Shown in pieces: positions 13,638 to 36,872 of a DNA stretch of 64,000 bases. The position numbers were made by a program, and so were the translations under genes. Under the pieces are notes generated by a model. That model did no database searches. It saw only the letters and a list, made by a program, of their open reading frames with translations, and was not told where the DNA came from. Source of the DNA: the human T2T-CHM13v2.0 reference genome, Homo sapiens; assembly GCF_009914755.1 (NCBI RefSeq), contig NC_060932.1. One strand, 5' to 3'. Position 1 is the first letter of the stretch. Every line of letters starts with the position of its first letter.

Positions 13638-14157
13638 TGTAGGGGAGAAAAAGCAGTATCTTTTACTTATCCATCACAAGGTTCATGGCTGAGGCTCCTA
13701 TCATAAAAGACAGGTTAACAAGAGAAAAGCACACACATTTATCTAATAGATGTTTTATGTGGCTCCGGCACCTTCAGAAATGAAGACCCAAAGAAATAGG
13801 GAAATATGTATTTGTATGCTTACGTTTGATGAAGAGTAGATGGTTGAGGAGAGGTAAGATCGAAGGATAATAGGATATGATCTAATAGCAATAAACTGGG
13901 GGAAACTTAGCAAGGCTGTTCAGATACTTCTCTGGGTCCGTGTCTTCGGAGATAAGGATGTTGTTTTCCTTTAGGTATAGGACAGGCACTTCTGGAATGA
14001 TAATTTTATGACCTCTTTCAGGGAAAGTTTAGCTGGGTTTTATGGCCTGATTCAAGGGAAGAGGAGCAAGGAAAAGGTGAGAGTGACCTCCCTGCTTCTT
14101 CTGTTCCTCAAATGACAAGCTGCCATATTTTGGGGTAGCATGTCTTGAGCCCCATCA
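13638..14157 (-). mobile_element. MER34/MER39-family ERV1 solo LTR inside an older ERVL-like LTR (~13420-14555)
   Basis: Minus strand begins tgatggggctcaagacatgctaccccaaaatatggc; TG..CA ends; near-TSD tatg/catg. Confidence 0.75.
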
Positions 14158-15019
14158 CATGGCTTGGCTTGAAAACATAAACTTGTCCATTCTGATTGGC
14201 TCTCTTCATCATTTAAACAAACAAACAAACAAACAAAAAATACTGAGATTGGGACAGAAGCTATGAGAAGCAGAAGATTTGAGGCAGATGAGTGCATGGA
14301 GATAAAGATGAGAAATCTGAGCAAAAAGGATCCAAGGGTGTTTTCCAGAGGGGGCTGACCCACGTGCATTTCCAAGCTCTAGAATTCAGATCATTCTGCT
14401 TCTCTCCACTCTATGGGTCCTGCCCTTTCCTGTCTGGTTCTTCAGTTTTTCCTAGCTTTCTCTGTGTATGTACCCTTCAAGTAAATGGTGAATTACCTAA
14501 AGTAATTTGTCTAAGTCACTTTTTTTGCACCCAAAGCAGATAAATTAAAATATATTATTTTATCTATGGAAAGAGCTTTTCACCTTTACTAGAGATTAGC
14601 TAAATCAATCTTTTGGGGCTCTGTTTAGCCAGAGGCAAAATTGTTCTCCAGCAGCATCCTCTTAGGAGCCTGGAAAAACTGAAATCAATTGAAGCCCCTG
14701 AGTTTTCACCATGAAGTACAAAAGAAACAGATTTAACCTGAGATAAATATTTAAGGACAAATATTACCAGTTTTCTGTCTTTATGGGGAAAAAGAATGAT
14801 AGTACAAGTCTCTTGAATATCTGATTTTAAGCAGCATGGCTTCCTGGCCAGGACCAGGGTTGGTTAACTGCAGATGGGTTAGTCCTAGATAATCCAATAT
14901 ATTTTGTGTTACAGTCCATCTAAATATTGAAAAATGTCAATCCCAAGTAACAATTTTGATTTCAAAGTACTAATGAAAGTAAAATAAAAGATAATAAAGT
15001 TGACTAAAGACATTTTCTG

Positions 15020-15235
15020 GGAACAGACAGCCTGGATTTAAATGCTGGCTCCTAAATCTGCTAGATGTGGAAACTTGAACAAGTTTCTGCATCTTCATTT
15101 CCTCATCTGTAAAATGGGGACGGTTATAGTACCTTTCCAAGTGAGTGATTATGACTTTCAAACAAAATGATTTATGGAGATCAGTTAGTACAGTGCCTAG
15201 CATACAGCAGGCACTCAATAACTGTGAGTTATTAC
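15020..15235 (+). mobile_element. MIR
   Basis: ttcctcatctgtaaaatgggga core; cagtgcctagcatacagcaggcactcaataa. Confidence 0.8.
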
Positions 15236-15544
15236 TAACACTCCTTCTGGGTTATCTTCTTTTAGTTACTCCAGTCACTTTATTCAAAGATACTGTACTT
15301 GGGAGTCATCTTTAGAAAAGTTTTAAAGAAGCAAAATCAAAAAGCAAAACATACAGAAGGTAGTTTGCATTAATATGGTAACATGAAGCTATTTGGGACT
15401 GAAGTGCATGGATTTGAAGAACTAGAGTTCCAAGGGCTCAGTGGAGGATGAAGAAGCCATTTTATGATAGTGAAGATGTAAACATCCATTCAAAGATCTG
15501 GCATCCTGGAGGAAAATACCTATATTTTTAAAATAGGTATTTTA

Positions 15545-15845
<301 letters not shown>

Positions 15846-16029
15846 CAAAGACAAATTAATTAAAACAACAACAAAACTACTTTTTAAACACTTTCTGTTC
15901 TTTTATTATTTTCACACTCACTATTATTGCTGCTAGGTTCTTAAAAGCTTGTGTCAACACAATTTCTTTACCTTCCCAAAATAAAATCCCCAATCTAAGC
16001 ACCCGTAGTTGACACTATCAATGTCCCAC

Positions 16030-16460
16030 TTTTACTCTTTATCCACAGCCTTCTCACTGCAGGTATCTGCATCTCTGTTCCTGCAGGTTTTTTATAGAAC
16101 CAAAGTGTTGCTCCCCACCAAGTGGCAGAACAAAAGTGCTAGGAAGAAATACCCTACCCTTGGGAATAGCCTTCAACCAAAGACTTTTGGGAGTCAGTGT
16201 ATAAATACCCCAGCTCCCTCACTCTTCAGATAGAATTCAAAGACAAGTGTTTTACCCGACTTCTCAGGGATTTCCTGCAGAATTAAGCCCTAGTCACCCA
16301 CAGTAGTTGCTGAGTTAATAATACACCCTTATTGGCTGTCTTTTCTTCTCAATATTACTTTTCCACTCCCACCCCTAATGTTCCCTGCACCTCTTAAATA
16401 AACTACTTGCCTTGAATCCTTGTCTCAGGGTCTGTCTATGAGACAACCCAAATCTCTGCA
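16030..16460 (+). mobile_element. LTR16-family ERVL solo LTR
   Basis: gtataaataccccagctccctc and aaataaactacttgccttgaatccttgtctcagggtctg...aaccca match recalled LTR16. Confidence 0.7.
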
Positions 16461-16853
16461 GACATCTTTTTCTTATTAAGCAATCTAAAGTGTCCATGAG
16501 AGCAGTTAAAACTCCCAAGCAGCCTTCTGCGTTGATATTTTTTTGCTCTCTTCCCCACAGATTTGCCAAACTGCAGAGATGTCTGTCAAGATGTCGAGCC
16601 TAAGAACTGGGAATGAAAAACACCAATGCAGCTGTGCAAAAGGTAGCCTCACTTTTTCATGGGTAGTATCCCAAGAGACAGAGACAGAACTCGGTGGCTG
16701 CTTTTCATCTCCACTCTCCAGTACAAAGTGGCTGGATAGCCTTTGCCAAGGTATCAGTTTTCCCATGGTGAGGACTGCCAGGCAATTAGATTCTTGCTCT
16801 CTCCAAATTTCAGCAGGAGCACATAAGTTTTATTTTTAACTGTGCAGGAAGAT

Positions 16854-16867
16854 GTTGCCATAGCAAC
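16854..16867. promoter_or_regulatory. Canonical RFX X-box (GTTGCCATAGCAAC)
   Basis: Exact match to the X-box consensus GTNRCC-N(0-3)-RGYAAC in apparently non-repeat sequence; occupancy unknown. Confidence 0.45.
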
Positions 16868-17436
16868 ATAACAAACTACAAGAGCAATTTGATTGATTGA
16901 TGATGTTGTGGGGAAGGAGGACTGGCATGAAAGACACTGAAAAAAATCATTTAGCTTTATCACCCTGGATTGAGTTTATAGATCTTGGTTATTAGACACA
17001 GTATGTGACACATGTTTATCATTATGCAAAAGGAAACATAGACCTTTTTCTGCCTTGTTTCCCCAAAGCAAGATGATGACAAACTAGTGAACTGGCCATC
17101 AAGAAAGTGAGCTGGTCTCATGAGTTAAAGAGGCATGATAAACGTGGCTGAAAGAACATAGTATTTGCTAGGCAGGCTAGGCATAGTGGAACATTCATAT
17201 GCCCCACTCATCAATTAATGGGGAACATTCTGCTATTCCCTGCCCTAAAAACATTTCACTTTCAGCCATCCTCTCCTTTCAATTAATCTTCCTCACCAAC
17301 TTCCTTCCCTACAGCCCAGGGAAGGCAAGGGAGCATGCCAGTAGGGAAGAAGGGGGATATGACTAAAGAGCGGTTCTCATCAGACAGGAAAGGAATGTGG
17401 AAAACCTTTTGGTAGGGCAGGGAGAAAGTTTTAGGG

Positions 17437-17946
17437 CAGCAGCTCTCAAAGTGGTCTGGATTCTCCTGTGAGTCCCAAGATCCTCTCAGGCGCTGCATAA
17501 GGCCAAAACTATTTTCATGATTCTACTAAGACATTATTTGCTTTTTACACTGTGTCTACTTCAGGAAGGTACAGTGGAGTTTTCCAGAGGCTACATATGA
17601 TTATCATTAACAGTTTAAATGTTGAAGCATATATCTTCCATTAGATATATGCTGAAACAGACACTGTCTTCTGTGAAGCCAAACATAAAAGAGGTTTCCA
17701 AAAAATGTAAAATGATGCTACTTTTCTTACTAATTGTTTTGTTTCAGAAATATAGTTATTCATTAAAAATGTAATTTATGTTAATAAGTAATGAGATTTT
17801 TTATTTTTAAATAAATCAGTAACAGTTTTAATTTCTAATGTGGTTAATATTAATAGAAATAACCCATTTAAGCGGAAATTCTTTGCAGTTTCAATAATTT
17901 TTAAGAGTATAAAGGGGCCTTCAAGCCAAAAATCTTGAGGACCAGT
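17437..17946. mobile_element. Charlie1-family internally deleted DNA transposon
   Basis: cagcagctctcaaagtggtc start; ggtacagtggagttttccagaggctaca; ...aaaaatcttgaggaccag end. Confidence 0.7.
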
Positions 17947-18049
17947 CACAAGAGATCAGATTAAGATAACTACGTTACTGAAGTCCCTGAGAAAGGAGTC
18001 AGAATCTCAGCACAAGATGGGATGGAAGGGATTAAAGAATATCCAGTTT

Positions 18050-18450
18050 GCCGGACAAAGCCTCTGGGAGAAGTTCCACACTCACTCTGGCACCACCATT
18101 AACAAGCTCTGGAGCAGTAGAATAGGCAGCAGCAAGGATAGAAGGGCCTGGGTGAACAGTTCCACTTCCGATTACCCATGGCTGCGCTTGGTGTGAAGGG
18201 ATTCAGAAGCCCAGTGGGGTCCGGCGGAAGTGATAACTCAAAGAGCTGGAATCGTCGTGGAAGCAAGGCAGGAAGACTGCAGACTGTGGTGCTAATCCCC
18301 CAAAGGCTTGGGCAGGGACCATTTACTTCCACTAACAGGCAGGAGCCATCCTTCAGCAACATCAGTATCAGATGTCCTATGACCCAACAGGGCCGGGAAG
18401 ATTCTCGGCACCAGAAGGCGAGGGTCTCGAGCCACAGGCCCCGGTTCTTG
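18050..18450. promoter_or_regulatory. CpG-retaining patch with two opposed ETS/GABPA motifs
   Basis: CACTTCCG at 18163-18170 and GCGGAAGTG at 18224-18232; about a dozen CpGs in ~400 bp against CpG-poor flanks. Confidence 0.3.
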
Positions 18451-18964
18451 CAGCCCATGAGATATCAGCCTCACCATCTTGAGAAGGAAAAAGGGAAAAC
18501 ACCTTGAGGAGCTGAAAGAGGCCCTCTAGGAAGCTTGTGCTTTCTGTTAACTACATATTTACTCACAAAGGACTATGTTATACCGGAAAACCCCAGTTAC
18601 TAGATTTAAGCAAATTTAAGGTGACTTTTTTCCTACATCAGTTGAAATTTTTGGTCAGAACAATATGAGCTCAACTAATTTTTTTGTACGTATAAATCAT
18701 AGTGGTTACATTTTGACATCAGCTCAAAGTTCTCTTTCTCTGTTCCTGTCCTATAGAAAGCTTTCCTTAATAATTTCTTCATCTTTTTCCTTTATCGTTC
18801 TCATTTTTTTCCTCCATTTGTTTCCCTCTCCTTATCCATCTGCTTTTATTCTCCCTCCTCTATATTCTTTTTTATTGTTCTCTGCCTCAAGCAAGTTAAT
18901 CGTAGCCTAAACTTACTGACCCAACAGTATTCAAAGCTGTTTTCAAGAGTTGCTAATTCCTGTG

Positions 18965-19750
18965 TCATTTACTGTGAGCATACAATAGTACACCAGGAAC
19001 TTTATACAGAGCATTTCATTTAATCTTCACATCAACCCTATATTTAATGTTTATACTTAATGCTTTATTGCAGCTCAGAGTAATGAAATTTGTCCAGTTT
19101 ACACAACTGGTTATATATGTCAGGGTAAGGATTTAAACCCACACTCGTCAAACTCCAAGCCCATGACCCTTCCTCTATATCAAGCAGCCTCCACAGGTAG
19201 AGTATTTTACAAGTTACAGTCCAAGAGCTATTTGCACCCCAATCTTCCCTGCCCTCTCTTACTCTTCGCTTATGACATATGTTTCTCCTGTGCCCATACT
19301 CTTCATGAGTTGAGGTTGTAGACAAACCAAGAAATGGGGAGCAGTCACACACAACATTATACCTAGACCATTATCTAAGAATAAAATGCAGAAGCTTTAG
19401 CAGTGGAACTCCAATTTGTATTTTTCTTTAATCACATGTGCCTTGGAAGTTGATGATATGACAGAAGTTATATGATGAAGTCAAAGAATTGCCAAAATTC
19501 CCAGAATTTCATTAGATACAATTCTTAAATTATCTTTAATTGAGCACTTGCTATGTACCAGGCACACAACTAGTTAATTTCCATATGTTCTCTAATTCAA
19601 CTCCTGCAACAACTCTACATGACAAATTTTAATTCCCTTTCACAGATGAGAAAACTGAAGCCTTAAGGGTTTAAAATACTTTCTTATGATATCACAACTA
19701 GTAAATTCAAACTCAGGTCTGTCAGATTCAAAGCTTAAGTTCTTTTCGCT
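18965..19750 (-). mobile_element. Two MIR copies (18965-19160, 19535-19750)
   Basis: catttcatttaatcttcacatcaaccct; cacagatgagaaaactgaagcc. Confidence 0.7.
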
Positions 19751-20460
19751 CCCTGCAACGATTATGTTTCACTGATATGTTACAATCCCACTGCTAGCAT
19801 GTGACTTGGAGTTATTAGATTTTTTTTTTTTTTGGTATAAACCTTTTAGGATTCAACGTGCCCCCTCAGGCAGAAAACTGCCACATAGAGATGATGCATT
19901 GTCCCAGGAATGTGTTTTTTAAATCAGAAACAAATCCATTTCTCTGCTTTTATATTGCATTGATGTCCTTCCTCCTTTTAAAGTTCTCCTGAATGATAGA
20001 GGCATTGAAAATCACATTTTGCCTGCTAGTTTTCTTGTTACCATCTACTACCTTTTGGTGCCACCCTCCTCCTTTTTATATTTTTTGAAGAAAATAGTGA
20101 AATAGCTTAGATATTAAACTATAAATTATACTAAGATGTGATTTGGAACTGAAATAAACCTCATGCTTTTTTAATGGGAATTTTCAAATACTGAAAATTT
20201 ATTACCCAAAGGGAAAGACGAGTCTAGACTTTTCTACTTCTCCCCAGTGCCTGGGTGACAAGTGACCTCAGGTTTCACCGAGGAATCACCAGAGGAAAGG
20301 GGATAGATTCAAGAATTTCATAATCAGAATGAACTTTTCAAAGACATACAACCACCCTGTATGCATTCAGGCATGAGCTCCAAAACATTTAAAGTGACTA
20401 AAACATGCTACAAAGTTAAGCACAATTTCATCTGTGCTAAAAATAATAATAAAGAGTTCC

Positions 20461-27754
<7,294 letters not shown>

Positions 27755-28008
27755 CTATACTACATGTCATCTAAATTCTATTTAGCAAAGACTGTTTTTT
27801 ATTTATTGTACTTTAAGTTCTGGGGTATATGTGCACAACATGCATGTTTGTTACATATGTATACATGTGCCATGTTGGTTTGCTGCACCCATTAACTCAT
27901 CATTTACATTAGTTATGTCTCCTAATGCTATCCCTCCCCCATCCCCCAACCCCATGACAGGCCCCAGTGTGTGATGTTCCCTGCCCAGTGTCCAAGTGTT
28001 CTCTTTGT

Positions 28009-31850
<3,842 letters not shown>

Positions 31851-31910
31851 GATGTTAGCTGGTTAAGTTGCCCATTAGTTGATGCAGTTTCTTCCTAGCA
31901 TCGATGGTCT

Positions 31911-32849
31911 TTACAATTTGGCATGTTTTTGCAGTGACTGGTACCGGTTGTTCCTTTCCATGTTTAGTGCTTCCTTCAGGAGCTCTTGTAAGGCAGGCTG
32001 GGTGGTGACAAAAGCTCTCAGTATTTGCTTTTCTGTAAAGGATTTTATTTCTCCTTCACTTCTGAAGCTTAGTTTGACTAGATATGGAATTCTGGGTTTA
32101 AAATTCTTTTCTTTAAGAATGTTGAATATTGGCCCCCACTCTCTTCTGGCTTGTAGAGTTTCTGCTGAGAGATCCGCTGTTAGTCTGATGGGCTTCCCTT
32201 TCTGGGTAACCCAACCTTTCTCTCCAGCTGGCATTACCATTTTTTCCTCCATTTCAACCTTGGTGAATCTGACAATTATGTGTCTTGGAGTTGCTCTTCT
32301 CCAGGAGTATCTTTGTTGTGTTCTCTGTATTTCCTGAATTTGAATGTTGGCCTGCCTTGCTAGGTTGGGGAAGTTCTCCTGGATAATATCCTGAAGAGTG
32401 TTTTCCAGCTTGGTTCCATTCTCCCCGTCACTTTCAGGTACACCAATCAAACGTAGATTTGGTCTTTTCACATAGTCCCATATTTCTTGGAGGCTTTGTT
32501 CATTTCTTTTTACTCTTTTTTCTCTACACTTCTCTTCTCGTTTCATTTCATTAATTTGATCTTTGATCACTGATACCCTTTCTTCCACTTGATCCGATTG
32601 GCTACTGAAGCTTGTGCATGCATCATGTAGTTCTCGTGCCACGGTTTTCACCTCCATCAGGTCATTTAAGGTCTTCTCTATGCTGTTCATTCTAGTTAGC
32701 CATTTGTCTAATCTTTTTTCAAGGTTTTTAGCTTCCTTGCGATGGGTTTGAACATTCTTCTTTAGCTTAGAGAAGTTTCTTATTACTGACCTTCTGAAGC
32801 CTACTTCTGTCAACTTGTCAAAGTCATTCTCTATCCAGCTTTGTTCCAT
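31911..32849 (-). CDS. L1 ORF1p, N-terminally truncated 312-aa open frame
   Basis: Coiled coil, RRM (RPNLRLIGVPE) and CTD (GKPIRLTADLSAETLQARREW) uninterrupted; native ATG at 32935 is out of frame after a 1-bp deletion; expression unknown. Confidence 0.6.
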   Translation of the reverse strand: MEQSWIENDFDKLTEVGFRRSVIRNFSKLKKNVQTHRKEAKNLEKRLDKWLTRMNSIEKTLNDLMEVKTVARELHDACTSFSSQSDQVEERVSVIKDQINEMKREEKCREKRVKRNEQSLQEIWDYVKRPNLRLIGVPESDGENGTKLENTLQDIIQENFPNLARQANIQIQEIQRTQQRYSWRRATPRHIIVRFTKVEMEEKMVMPAGEKGWVTQKGKPIRLTADLSAETLQARREWGPIFNILKEKNFKPRIPYLVKLSFRSEGEIKSFTEKQILRAFVTTQPALQELLKEALNMERNNRYQSLQKHAKL

Positions 32850-33531
32850 TGCTGGTGAGGAGCTGTGATCCTTTGGAGGAAAAGAGGTGCTCTGGTTTTT
32901 AGGATTTTCAGCTTTTCTGCTCTGGTTCTCCCCATCTTTGTGGTTTTATCTACCTTTGTTCTTTCATGATGGTGACCTACAGATCAGGTTTTGGTGTGGA
33001 TGTCCTTTTTGCTTATGTTGATGCTACTCCTTTCTGTTTGTCAGCTTTCCTTCTAACAGTCAGGTCCCTTAGCTGCAGGTCTGTTGGAGTTTGTTGGAGG
33101 TCCACTCCAGATGCTGTTTGCCTGGGTATTACCAGCGGAGGCTGCAGAATAGCAAATATTGCAGAACGGCAAATATTGCTGCCTGATCCTTTCTGTGGAA
33201 GCTTCCTCTCAGAGGGGCACCTGGCTGTATGAGGTGTCAGTCGGCCCCTACTGGGAGGTGTCTCCCAGTTGGGCTACTTGGGGGTCAGGGACCCAATTGT
33301 GGCAGTCTGTCCATTCTCAGAGCTCAAACACCACACTGGGAGAATCACTGCTCTCTTCAGAGCTGTCAGACAGGGACGTTTAAGTCTGCAGAAGTTTCTG
33401 CTGCCTTTTGTTCAGCTATGCTCTGCCCCCAGAGTGGAGTCTACAGAGGCAAGTAGGCCTCACTGAGCTGCGGTGGGCTCCACCGAGTTTGAACTTCCCA
33501 GCCACTTTGTTTACCTACTCAAGCCTCAGCA

Positions 33532-33795
33532 ATGGTGGACTCCCCTCCCCCAGCCAGGCTGCTGCCTCACAGTTCAATCTCAGACTGCTGTGCTAGCAGT
33601 GAGCAAGATTCCGTGGGCGTGGGACCTGCTGAGCCATGCTCGGGATATAATCTCCTGGTGTGCCATTTGCTAAGACCATTGGAAAAGCACAGTATTTGGG
33701 TCGCAGTGTCCCGATTTTCCCAGTACAGTCTATCATGGCTTCCCTTGGCTAGGAAAGGGAAATTCCTTACCCCTTGTGCTTCCCTGGTGAGGTGA
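33532..33795 (+). CDS. L1 antisense ORF0 homolog (87 aa)
   Basis: [35 protein letters not shown]... aligns with recalled primate L1 ORF0 (MAGAPPPASLPPCSLISDCCASNQRDSVGVGPSEP...); antisense within the 5'UTR; Kozak gcaATGG. Confidence 0.7.
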   Translation: MVDSPPPARLLPHSSISDCCASSEQDSVGVGPAEPCSGYNLLVCHLLRPLEKHSIWVAVSRFSQYSLSWLPLARKGKFLTPCASLVR

Positions 33796-33976
33796 TGCCC
33801 CGCCCTGCTTCAGCTCACCCTCTGTGGGCTGCACCCACTGTCCAACCAGTCCCAATGAGATGAACCAGGTACCACAGTTGAAAATGCAGAAATCATCCGT
33901 CTTCTGCGTCAATCATGTCGGGAGCTGCAGACCGGAGCTGTTCCTATTCTGCCATCTTGCCATCCATTCAGAAATA

Positions 33977-34266
33977 TTTTTTTTGAGACAGAGTCTTGCT
34001 CTGTCTCCCAGGCTGGAGTGCAGTGTCATAATTTCGGCTCACTGCAACCTCTGCCTCCTGGACTCAAGTGATTCTCATGCCTCAGCCTCCCGAGTAGCTG
34101 GGATTACAGGCATGCCCCACTATACCTGGCTAATTATTGTATTTTTAGTAGAGATTCAGTTTCACCATGTTGGCCGGGCTGGTCTTGAACTCCTGGCCTC
34201 AAGTGATCCACCCACCTTGGCCTCCCACAGTGGTGGGATTACAGGCATGAGCTACTGCACCTGGCC
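33977..34266 (-). mobile_element. AluS (Sx/Sz-like) abutting the L1 5' end
   Basis: ttttgagacagagtcttgc...cacctggcc. Confidence 0.92.
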
Positions 34267-35429
34267 TAGTAAAGAAAGATTCAAATATTTAATATATAAT
34301 ACTTAGAGTAAAACAGAAACAGGGAAAGATTAATGACTAATCTATATTTATATTTCTTCAAAATGACAACTTGTATAACTCAACAGTGCTAAATATTTCT
34401 CCTAGTGTTTTGCATTTCTTTTCTAATTTGACTCACAGACCATTCCATAGCTCTGATACTCACCTAAATAGTCTAGAGGAAATTTTGACTCAAAACTAGA
34501 AACTTTGAATAGAATCTTTTTTTGTAATTTATTTGGTGTTTGCATTTTGAATACAAAATATACATGGTAAAAATTATATATATATAAATTAAAATTTTCA
34601 TCTGAGCTCAGCACTGGTTCTTATATTATCTCTGTGAAATCTGTTTTCTTTTTATTTGACAGCCCTAGCAACAATAAAGTCATTTTCTACTTGGTTAAAA
34701 AAATACAGGGCTAGAAAATATTTGCAAAATACATATCTCCTAAAGGAGAGTTTTCCATAATATACAAAGAACCCTTAAAACTCTACAATAAGAAAACAAA
34801 CAACCTGATTTAAAAATGAACCAAAGGCCTTAATAGACACCTTACCAAAGAAGACATACAGGTGGCAAATAAGTGTATGAAAAGATGCCCCACATCCTAT
34901 GTCATCAGGGAAATGCCAATTAAAACAACAATGAGATACTGCTACACACCTACTAGAATGGCCAAAATCCAGAACACTGACAACATTAAATGCTGTCAAA
35001 GATATAGAGCAACAGGAACTCTCACTCTTTGCTGGTGGAAATGCAAAATGATATAGCCACTTTGGAAGACCATTTGGTAGTTTCTTGCAAATCTAAACAT
35101 ACTCATCAGCAATCATACTCCTTGGTATTTCCCCAAAGGAGTTGAAAACTTATGTCCCTGCAAAACATCTTTATTCATAATTACCAAAACTTGGAAGCAG
35201 CCAAGATACTTTTGGTAAGTGAACAAATAAATAATAATCTCCATTCCGTCTAGGCAATGGAATATTATTCAGCACTAAAAAGAAATGAACTATCAAGCCA
35301 TGAAAGACATGGAGGAAACTTACATGCATGTTACTAAGTGAAAGAAGCCAATGAGAAAAGGCTACATACTATATTATTCCAACTATATGACACCTGGAAA
35401 AGGCAAAACTATGGAGACAGAAAAAAGAT

Positions 35430-35521
35430 TACTCAGGAGGCTGAGGCAAGAGGATTGCTTGAACCCAAGAGTAGAAGTCTAGCCTGGGGAACATAGCAAG
35501 ACTGTGTCCCTAGGGAAAAAA
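35430..35521 (+). mobile_element. FLAM-like Alu monomer fragment
   Basis: actcaggaggctgaggcaagaggattgcttgaaccc...agcctggggaacatagcaagac. Confidence 0.7.
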
Positions 35522-35610
35522 TTCAGTGTTTTCCAGGTTTGGGGGAAGACAGGATGAATAGGAGGAGCACAGAGGGTTTTTAGGGCAGTAAAACTACTCT
35601 GTATGATACT

Positions 35611-35968
35611 TGATATGGTTTGGCTGTGTCCCCACCCAAATCTCATCTTGAATTGTAGTTCCCATAATTCCCACATATTGTGGGAGGGATCTGGTGGGAG
35701 ATAACTGAATCATGGGGGTGGTTCCCCCATACTGTTCTTGTGGTAGTGAGTAAGTCTCATGAAATCTGATGGCTTTATAAGGGGTTTCCTTTTTCACTTG
35801 GGCCTCATTCTCTCTCACCTACCACCACGTAAGACATTCCCTTTGTCTTCCACCATTTGTGAGGCCTCCGCAGCCATGTGGAACTGTGAGTCCATCAAAC
35901 CTCTTTCCTTTATAAATTATCCAGTCTTGAGTATGTTTTTATCAGCAGTGTGAAAACTGACTAATTCA
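35611..35968 (+). mobile_element. THE1 (THE1D-like) solo LTR
   Basis: tgatatggtttggctgtgtccccacccaaatc...gactaattca; TSD atact/atgct. Confidence 0.92.
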
Positions 35969-36872
35969 ATGCTATAATGGTGGATATTTGTCATTGTATA
36001 TTTGTCCACAGAACATACAACATCAAGACTGAACCCTAATGTAAATTGCAGACTTCATGTGATTATGATGTGTCAATGGATGTTCATCTATTGTAACAAG
36101 TGCACCACTCTCATGGGGGACGTCGATAATGGGGGAGGCTATGCATATGTGAAGGAAGGGGAAATGGGAAATCTCTATACTTTCCACTCAATTTTGTTGA
36201 GGACCTAAAACTGCTCTAAAAAATAATGTATGTACAAAAATAATTATAATAAAAGGTGTAGGATATATATATATATATCCACCCCTGATCTTTTATATAC
36301 TAGGTAGACTCTGCCCCTGCAGAGTTGAGGAGCAGAGGAAGAACTGTAAAGGGCAAGGACAGATCTTACTTGAGAGGTATTGTAGTATTTTGGTCTTGGT
36401 GCTCTTTGGACTCTTGCTGCATTGTATTAGTGGATTCACCAGAGACCTGTTTAGTGACCTCTCACAAAATTCCCTTAACACATCTGATACTCCCACCAGC
36501 CAGCCACTTATTACCCATCCTTTAGCCCCTTGTTTCTGAAAGGCCACCCCATAGACCCTCTTTTAGGATCTTAACACCCCCTGCAGGCTATCCTGTTGAG
36601 ACTATGTAAAATCACTCCAGATCATGATCCACACTGGATCGACTGGAAATTCACACATTTTCTCTCGCAAATTAGGAGTGCAGACTATTCTGTAGGCAAC
36701 CATTTTTCTTTGCTCTGTCTTCTGGCCATCACAGTCCTCTGGCTTTTAGACTTTTCTAGAGCCTCTAAACCCCACAGTCTCCAGAGCTATCACATGCCTC
36801 CCGAGTCTTCTCTTCTACAAGGGCATATTAATAGATGCTTTAACAATTCTTTATATGATGTGCTTTTGAGGC

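Larger units (their letters stand above)
34700..36235 (+). mobile_element. L1MC1/L1MB-like 3' portion, interrupted by FLAM and THE1
   Basis: ORF2 end (MPIKTTMRYCYTPTRMAKI) and 3'UTR gaaccctaatgtaaa...aaaactgctctaaaaaataa. Confidence 0.85.

Noticed and set aside
36261-36280. Perfect 20-bp palindrome ggatatatatatatatatcc
   Set aside because: Explained by a short (AT)n microsatellite.
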